Positions 57,773 through 64,000 of a DNA stretch of 64,000 nt are shown here, in pieces. Below the pieces are notes generated by a model, which saw only the letters and a program-made list of their open reading frames with translations, was not told the DNA's origin and did not search any database. A program made the position numbers and the translations under genes. Numbering within the stretch: position 1 is the first letter of the stretch; every line of letters begins with the position of its first letter. Source of the DNA: Candidatus Sumerlaeaceae bacterium (lineage in GTDB: Bacteria > Sumerlaeota > Sumerlaeia > Sumerlaeales > Sumerlaeaceae); assembly GCA_051003195.1 (NCBI GenBank), contig JBPCLP010000009.1, forward strand, positions 150,618-214,617. The letters run 5' to 3'.

Positions 57773-59206
57773 GTGCGTTATCGCGGCCATCAATCAGCGG
57801 AGTTCCTGCGCCGGTTCGGCTTCCTTTCGCTGCTGGCACTGCTATTCACGCTGCCGTTTGCTGTTCCAGCACTATGGGATGTGGTGCGCGTGCGAATGGG
57901 GCAGGAGCCGGGCGGATTTATCTACCTGCTGAAGCCCGTCGAAAACCAGTACTGGTACCTGTTGTCAGGGGGATTAACCATTGGGTTCGGATGGGTCGTC
58001 CTGTCTCTCCTGCACCGTGCCAAGGGGTTTCCGCGGCTGCATCCTCTAACTGTCTGCGTACTCGCCCTCCTGGCGTGCCAGATTGTTTCGGCCCTGAACT
58101 CATCTGCCCCTGAGTTTACGATGAAGGGCCTGCTGTTGCCACTCGTCTTTTATTTTTCATTTCTTTTTACCATCCTGCTGCGACCCGGAAGCATCACCAC
58201 AGACAAAACGTTTTTTCTCCTGCTTATCGGGGCGGCTTTTATCAGCCTCTATGCCATTGCGCAAAACCAGGGCTACGAAATACTTCCATATAGCAGAACT
58301 GTGGCGGGCACCGAAGAGGAGGTAACCGGAAAGCAATTAATCGCTTCCACCTTTGGCCATCCCAATTACATGGCATCCTACCTTGCACCTCTGTTGTTCT
58401 GGGCAATATACTTTGTGCTGGCAAAACCCACCCGGCTACTGCGGTTCACGGCGGCGGTGTGCGGGTTTTGTATCATTGCTGCTCTGGTAGTGGGTGGCAC
58501 CCGCGGACCGTGGCTGGCCGTCGTACTTACCGGTATTCCATACTACCTGATACTAACCCTCAGCCCGGCATACCGGCGTCCGCTGCTGTTTACGGCTGGG
58601 CTGGCAATGTTTGTGGCGCTCGTTCTGCTCCTCGTGCCCAACCCTCTCGTTCATGTACAATTCGACATTCAAAAGCGCCTGATGGGCAGCAAGGAAATCG
58701 CGGCTCGTTTCTACTACTGGCTCATGGCAATCGAGATGCTGAAAACACATCCATTGATCGGGGTCGGCTATGCTAACTTCGACATCCTGTTCTGGGATTA
58801 CGTGGATGCGTTTCAACGTCAGCCGCAAAGCGAGTATTTCCGCTACGTATTGCAGGAATCCATCCGCGGAGTTCGGCCCGGTTACGTGCACAACGACCAC
58901 CTGCAGATCCTTACCGAGACGGGTATCCTGGGGGGCGTGGCATGGCTGTCGATCTGGTCAACGGTGCTTTACCAGGGATTTCGTTCGGCAAGGCTGCTGT
59001 TCCGAAGACAGCGTGATCTCCTGCTGGCAGCTACGCTGCTCGCTTCACTTATCTGCTTTGGGGTGGATGGCCTTACAAATTTCCCGCTGCATGTGCCGGT
59101 AAGCGGGCTATTATTCTGGGTAAGCGCCGGCTTCTGGACGGCGCTCTATCATAGGACCTGTTGCGCGGCACGCGTTGGCTCCAGCCTTCCATCGGTGACT
59201 ACATAG
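57773..59206 (+). CDS. O-antigen ligase family (Wzy_C/WaaL-like) membrane protein
   Basis: Multiple TMs; STFGHPNY, TRGPW, PLIGVGYANF, HNDHLQILTETG. Confidence 0.85.
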   Translation: MRYRGHQSAEFLRRFGFLSLLALLFTLPFAVPALWDVVRVRMGQEPGGFIYLLKPVENQYWYLLSGGLTIGFGWVVLSLLHRAKGFPRLHPLTVCVLALLACQIVSALNSSAPEFTMKGLLLPLVFYFSFLFTILLRPGSITTDKTFFLLLIGAAFISLYAIAQNQGYEILPYSRTVAGTEEEVTGKQLIASTFGHPNYMASYLAPLLFWAIYFVLAKPTRLLRFTAAVCGFCIIAALVVGGTRGPWLAVVLTGIPYYLILTLSPAYRRPLLFTAGLAMFVALVLLLVPNPLVHVQFDIQKRLMGSKEIAARFYYWLMAIEMLKTHPLIGVGYANFDILFWDYVDAFQRQPQSEYFRYVLQESIRGVRPGYVHNDHLQILTETGILGGVAWLSIWSTVLYQGFRSARLLFRRQRDLLLAATLLASLICFGVDGLTNFPLHVPVSGLLFWVSAGFWTALYHRTCCAARVGSSLPSVTT

Positions 59207-59454
59207 CTTTCACGCTGTTTGGGGCGAGAACCGTCTGAGGCGAGCAGCCGGACGCCTCCTCCATCGGTGGCCGTGAAGCTGTGCCGCTTTGCCGTGCATT
59301 CGTAAACCTCAGCGTCAACCCGCTCAACCCCGTGAGGATCAAGGAAACGCATGTAGTCGAGCAAGCTGTCGCCTTGACATTTTGGGCATTTTAGCCCAAT
59401 GACAAGCCCTTTGTAAGGGAGTGAGGCTTCGGTTTGTGGCGCGGTTGTACACAT
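59149..59454 (-). CDS. Possible small Zn-ribbon protein
   Basis: CPKC...YECTAKRH fills the intergenic gap; overlaps the upstream gene end. Confidence 0.3.
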   Translation of the reverse strand: MCTTAPQTEASLPYKGLVIGLKCPKCQGDSLLDYMRFLDPHGVERVDAEVYECTAKRHSFTATDGGGVRLLASDGSRPKQRESYVVTDGRLEPTRAAQQVL

Positions 59455-59578
59455 TTGAATTTACTATTGTCGGACGCAAAACCTGTTCACAAGTACCATG
59501 TTGAACGTTTTTGTCTTGAGCGGGCTATTCCGCTTCGGCCAATACTAAACCCCATAGACACAACCCGCCAGACCTGCA

Positions 59579-60793
59579 ATGACTCCAACAGACATACTGA
59601 TAATCGCGTCACGCGCGCTCGCCGCGGCTGAGACGCTCGGTAATGCGCGCTGCATTAATCTGGCGACGCAACTCGACCTTGCGGGTTTCAATGTAACTCT
59701 CGCTCTGCCCAATCCTGAGATTGTACCCCCTATGCACTTTCGTGTCACGGCGTCGGACGCCGAGACCATGGAAACCCTGATTCGCCGCCACGATACCATT
59801 ATATCCACTGGACAGGAATACACGGCCCGGCAGATCTCCAAGGCAGATCACCTGCAGATTTTCGACGTTGCGGAATACCGGTTTGACCAGCTGGCTGAAA
59901 TGGATGCCGGATTGCAGGAGCGGCTGGCATTTATTTTTGAGTCCGCTGATCTGATCCTGTGCGGCAATTTGCACCAGCGCGATCTCTGGCTGGGGCTCGC
60001 CTGCTCACGGGGTGCATTCGGTGGCGAAACAGCCCAGGGGCGAAACCCTCTGGAGTGGTTTGCGGTCGTTCCATATGGCCATCCGGGACACGTCCCAGCG
60101 CACGACGAGTCTTCATCCAACGGATTCCATAAAAATGGAAAAGGCCTTGTGTGGAACGGCGGATACGACGAGTTGATGGACTACCCCAGTGCCATCAGTG
60201 CCGCAGTGCAGCTGTGCCAGGCGGGCCGGGAAACTCACATTACTTTTCTTCCCCCTGAACTGGATACGCCACCGCAGCGAGCGGGCTGGGAGAATGCGCG
60301 CGCGCTGGCCGACGAGCTGGATCCCCGCGACGCGGTTGCAGTGCGCTTTGCATCTGAGGACCTTAACCCCTACCAGCGATGGCACCTCATCAGTTCGGCA
60401 ACCGGCGTAATCTGCTGCACAAAAGATGCTCCGGATGCGCGGTTCTGGCCGGCTCCGCCCCTGGCCGAGGCGGTTTGGCTGCAGGTGCCGGTTGTCTGTA
60501 CGCGTGGCAGTTTCATGGCATTTCTTGCCGAGGAACTGGATTTTGGCCTGTGCTGTTCACCCGGCGACGAAGAAGAACTCGCACTCAAGATTGCGCGATT
60601 GGACGACATGTCGGTTCAGCGGACGTTAAAAGGAAACCTCGCTGAGGTACACTCCCATTTCGCATGGGACAAAGCCGTTCGCCCTTTGCTGCAATTCCTG
60701 CAGCGGCCACCGCAAAGCCTCGATAAACTCACAGAACCCTCCTCAACGTGGGGCAGGTCTGTCTGGCGGGCCGTTGGCCGGTTATTCGAGTAG
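59579..60793 (+). CDS. Glycosyltransferase (GT-B)
   Basis: ADLILCGNLHQRDLWLG, VVPYG, WNGGYD, VPVVCTRG, FAWDKAVRPL. Confidence 0.75.
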   Translation: MTPTDILIIASRALAAAETLGNARCINLATQLDLAGFNVTLALPNPEIVPPMHFRVTASDAETMETLIRRHDTIISTGQEYTARQISKADHLQIFDVAEYRFDQLAEMDAGLQERLAFIFESADLILCGNLHQRDLWLGLACSRGAFGGETAQGRNPLEWFAVVPYGHPGHVPAHDESSSNGFHKNGKGLVWNGGYDELMDYPSAISAAVQLCQAGRETHITFLPPELDTPPQRAGWENARALADELDPRDAVAVRFASEDLNPYQRWHLISSATGVICCTKDAPDARFWPAPPLAEAVWLQVPVVCTRGSFMAFLAEELDFGLCCSPGDEEELALKIARLDDMSVQRTLKGNLAEVHSHFAWDKAVRPLLQFLQRPPQSLDKLTEPSSTWGRSVWRAVGRLFE

Positions 60794-60834
60794 CATCTGC
60801 CGGCAGCATTTTTTAATAAACTGAACGCCTGCGT

Positions 60835-61458
60835 ATGAACACACCCAATAAGCTTACCCTGAGCCGGATTTTTCTGATCCCGTTTTTTGTCCTCTTTTTA
60901 CATATCCATCAGATCATGACGAGCGTCTCTGTCATCGCGATCTTCCATTGGCTGGCGCTTGTTATTTTTATTATAGCGGCTATCACCGATTATCTCGACG
61001 GGATGATTGCACGGCGGCAGAATATTGTTACGAACTTCGGCAAGCTTTTCGATCCGCTGGCGGACAAGCTGCTTACAATGGCGGCCTTCGTTGCGTTTGT
61101 AGAGTTGCAGGGTCCGAACGGAAAACCGATCTTCCCCGCCTGGGCAATCATCGTGATCCTTGCGCGCGAGTTCCTGGTTACCGGGCTTCGATCGCTGGGC
61201 GCCAGCCATGGGCGTGTAATACATGCGGACAAATGGGGCAAACAGAAAACAATCATTCAGCTCGTAGGGATTGGGCTGATCCTGCTCAGTATTTGCATGC
61301 GCGACACCTTCGCAATGTCGTTCGGCAAAACTGCGATTCTTGATGCGTGGCTTCCAGTTTTCTATCGTGTGGTCCTCGCGATAACAGTTGGAATCACTGC
61401 AGCATCGGGGCTGGTGTTCCTCTGGAAGAACTGGGACCTCGTTAGTGACCGCGACTGA
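60835..61458 (+). CDS. pgsA: CDP-diacylglycerol--glycerol-3-phosphate 3-phosphatidyltransferase
   Basis: MNTPNKLTLSRI, DYLDGMIARR, FGKLFDPLADK, REFLVTGLR, GKQKT. Confidence 0.95.
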   Translation: MNTPNKLTLSRIFLIPFFVLFLHIHQIMTSVSVIAIFHWLALVIFIIAAITDYLDGMIARRQNIVTNFGKLFDPLADKLLTMAAFVAFVELQGPNGKPIFPAWAIIVILAREFLVTGLRSLGASHGRVIHADKWGKQKTIIQLVGIGLILLSICMRDTFAMSFGKTAILDAWLPVFYRVVLAITVGITAASGLVFLWKNWDLVSDRD

Positions 61459-62593
61459 ACCGCCGCTGCCGCGCGAAGCGTACCTTTCCTGGCTGGAGAT
61501 CGACCTCGAGGCAATCCGCTTAAATTATCGACTTATGCGGGAGCAATTGCGGCCTGACGCGGCACTGTTCGCCGTCATAAAAGCGGATGCCTATGGTCAC
61601 GGTGCGCTGCCCGTCGCGAAGACGCTTCTGCATGAAAATCCAGAAATGTTGTGCGTGGCACGGGTCGAGGAAGCCGTAGAATTGCGTGACGGCGGCATCG
61701 ATATTCCGTTGCTCGTACTGGCGCCTCCCTTCGATGCGCAGGCGAAGGTTGCGGTTTCGCACGAGTGCGCGATTGTTGTCTGCGATCCGGAGCACATGAG
61801 GGCGATGGCAGTCGCAGCGCGTCAGCAGAACACGCGTGCGCGCATTCACCTGAAGGTCGACATTGGCATGGGACGCCTGGGAGCATTGCCACAAGACGTG
61901 CCTGCGCTCCTGCAGCAGATCGCCGACACACCAGAACTGGAGCTTGAAGGGGTAATGTCACACTTTCCGTGTGCGGATGCCCCACCTGGTTCCTTTACAG
62001 ACAACCAGGCGCGGCACTTTGGCGAAATTGTCGAACAGGTACGCACAGCGGGCATGTCCGTGCGGTACTTTCACACGGCGAATTCTGCCGCAATTCTCGA
62101 CCACCCGCTCGCCCATTTCAATGCTGCACGCACTGGAATCACCTTATATGGACAGTATCCTGGTACCGAAATGGAACGCAGATTGCCACTTCGCCCGGCA
62201 ATGTCGATGCGAACCACCGTTGCTTTTCTCAAGGACGTACCCGCAGGCACCGGACTGAGCTACGGCCACGTGTACCACACAACACGTGCGTCGCGTATTG
62301 CAATCGTCCCCCTGGGTTATGCCGACGGGTATCCGCGGCACGCTACGAATCGCGGCGAGATGCTCGTGCATGGCCAGCGGGTACCGCAGGTGGGACGTGT
62401 CTGTATGGATCACGTCCTCCTCGATGTCACCGATGTGCCGAATGTGAAGCTCGGGGACGTCGTGACCGCAATTGGGATGGACGTAAACCAGGTGATTACG
62501 GCCGAGGAGCTGGCAACCCGCTGCGACACAATTGGCTACGAGATTACCACACGGGTGGGCAAGCGTTTGCCGAAATTCTACAGCCACGGATAG
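61445..62593 (+). CDS. alr: Alanine racemase
   Basis: AVIKADAYGHG, HLKVDIGMGRLG, MSHF, GYADG, GRVCMD, TIGYE. Confidence 0.95.
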   Translation: MTATEPPLPREAYLSWLEIDLEAIRLNYRLMREQLRPDAALFAVIKADAYGHGALPVAKTLLHENPEMLCVARVEEAVELRDGGIDIPLLVLAPPFDAQAKVAVSHECAIVVCDPEHMRAMAVAARQQNTRARIHLKVDIGMGRLGALPQDVPALLQQIADTPELELEGVMSHFPCADAPPGSFTDNQARHFGEIVEQVRTAGMSVRYFHTANSAAILDHPLAHFNAARTGITLYGQYPGTEMERRLPLRPAMSMRTTVAFLKDVPAGTGLSYGHVYHTTRASRIAIVPLGYADGYPRHATNRGEMLVHGQRVPQVGRVCMDHVLLDVTDVPNVKLGDVVTAIGMDVNQVITAEELATRCDTIGYEITTRVGKRLPKFYSHG

Positions 62594-62941
62594 TGCCCGT
62601 TGGTTTACGGGCTTTTTAACTGCACCATGGCAATGAAGGAACTGCACAGGGCGCGGTAGATGGGCCCTTGGAAGACTCGCGCCCTTGCGGCGGAGAGCTT
62701 GCCGGATTCGACGAAGGGTGAAGAACATGGATTGTTGAGCAGCGCAGGTTTCGGTAGCTGATCCACCTAGTCCAGTAGTTCCAGGTTTTTCCCTGTAGTG
62801 CGAGCCGCGCCACCATTATGTGGTGATGCGGTTTTTGGTTTGTCCGGTAGTCCCTCCTCCCGCCGCGGCCACGGCCCCTTCCACGATTTTTAAACCAATA
62901 GATGAAGTTCTGCACGCTTCCGCGGGCGGACGAGGATTTGA

Positions 62942-64000
62942 ATGAGGGTTCACGAGCTAGCAAAAGCCGTCCAGATGGAGAGCAAGGAAATCCTTGCCAT
63001 CGCCAAGAAGCACCGCATCGCCATCAAGGCGAGCCCCAGCGCGAACGTCGAGGACAAGGACATCCGCAAAATGATGCCCCTCATCGATAAGTGGAAGGCC
63101 GAGCACAAGGCCCGCGAGGAAGAGGATCGCAAGCGCAAGGAAGTGGAGCGCCACGCCAAGGAAGAAGAGCGCCGGCGTAAAGAGGAAGAGCGCAAAAAAG
63201 AAACCGAAGCCAAGCGCAAGGCTGATGAAGAAGCGGCCAAAATTGCCGCAGAACAGACCCGGCTGGACGACAAGAAGCGCAGTGAAGAGGAGCGCAAGGC
63301 GCGTTCCGAAGCCGCCCGCGCGCAACGTGAAGAGGAAACCCGACGCGACGCTGAGGATGAACGCCTTCGCAGTCTGGGCCTGCGTGTGCCGAAGCGCCCC
63401 GCAGCGTTTCGTCCCAAAGAAGAATTACCGGAAGAACCGGCAGCGCCAAGCGCGCCTAGCGCGCCTGCTGCACCCAGCGCAGCGCCTTCACAAGCGGGCG
63501 GACCACGCCCTGGCGGCGGAACCGGAATACGTCCGGGCGGCGGAACAGGTATTCGCCCTGGCGGCGGAGCCGGGCAGGGACCTCGGCCCGGAGGCGGAAC
63601 AGGTTACCAGGGGCAGGGCACGCCACGTCCCGGCGGATTTGATCGACAGGGTGGAGCACCACGGCCAGGCGGATTTGACCGACAGGGCCAGGGCGGCGCG
63701 CGTCCCGCTGGCGGCGGATATCAGGGCCAGGGTGGGCCGGGGGGTCCGCGACCGGGTGGTTATCAGGGACAAGGTGGTCCGGGTGGACCACGACCGGGTG
63801 GTTATCAGGGCCAGGGTGGTCCAGGTGGGCCACGACAGGGTGGTTATCAGGGCCAGGGTGGTCCGGGTGGACCACGACCCGGTGGTTATCAAGGCCAGGG
63901 TGGTCCGGGTGGACCACGGCCGGGCGGTTACCAGGGCCCGGGTGGCCCGGGCGGGCCACGGCCAGGCGGCTACCACGGCCCGGGTGGCCCGCGCGGAGCA
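62942..64000 (+). CDS. infB: Translation initiation factor IF-2, N-terminal part (runs off the window; absent from the ORF track)
   Basis: GAGGA SD; ATG 62942 gives MRVHELAKAVQMESKEIL (IF2_N), a charged helix, then G/P/R-rich repeats; no stop up to 64000. Confidence 0.85.
   Translation, partial: MRVHELAKAVQMESKEILAIAKKHRIAIKASPSANVEDKDIRKMMPLIDKWKAEHKAREEEDRKRKEVERHAKEEERRRKEEERKKETEAKRKADEEAAKIAAEQTRLDDKKRSEEERKARSEAARAQREEETRRDAEDERLRSLGLRVPKRPAAFRPKEELPEEPAAPSAPSAPAAPSAAPSQAGGPRPGGGTGIRPGGGTGIRPGGGAGQGPRPGGGTGYQGQGTPRPGGFDRQGGAPRPGGFDRQGQGGARPAGGGYQGQGGPGGPRPGGYQGQGGPGGPRPGGYQGQGGPGGPRQGGYQGQGGPGGPRPGGYQGQGGPGGPRPGGYQGPGGPGGPRPGGYHGPGGPRGA
63713..63995 (+). repeat. 42-bp coding tandem repeat (GGYQGQGGPGGPRP) x6 plus a partial unit
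   Basis: Units start at 63713, 63755, 63797, 63839, 63881, 63923 and 63965. Confidence 0.9.

Noticed and set aside
62693..62885. GGATTCGACG resembling a tmRNA 5' end
   Set aside because: No GGGG acceptor start, no T-arm/CCA 3' end, and too short.
62902..63090. 62-aa ORF in the ORF track
   Set aside because: Out-of-frame shadow of infB, which starts at 62942.

Overview
GC-rich bacterial chromosome segment. The prepilin-like 'NFLEAQTRSKVSR...YDATNGTVAEGD' protein and the general gene repertoire suggest Candidatus Sumerlaeota (BRC1), which is inference only. Positions 1-39.7 kb and 52-64 kb are mostly housekeeping or envelope genes: bshA, hpf, moeZ, yggS, purEK, mazG, proA, glnE, an orphan sdhC, pgsA, alr, the 5' part of infB, glycosyltransferases, Wzz- and WaaL-like proteins and secreted glycoside hydrolases. 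The most unusual part is a ~12-kb accessory island at ~39.8-51.5 kb. It holds (i) an intact REP-associated tyrosine (Y1/HUH) transposase framed by perfect 27-bp inverted repeats; (ii) at least five scrambled fragments of related transposases; (iii) more than a dozen dispersed 'GTCCC(C)-N6-9' motifs, several with 3' stutter duplications, sitting at fragment and cargo junctions; (iv) other REP-like repeats; and (v) a 3,745-bp IS3-ended element with a 4-bp AAAT target duplication carrying a GH97 gene. Cargo genes lie between these motifs like cassettes. Also noted are a candidate ~180-nt structured RNA at 8.6-8.8 kb, a probable ATT start codon, and two paralogous HepT/MntA toxin-antitoxin pairs. 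Start codons were re-chosen by eye where the ORF track over-extends. No database searches were run.
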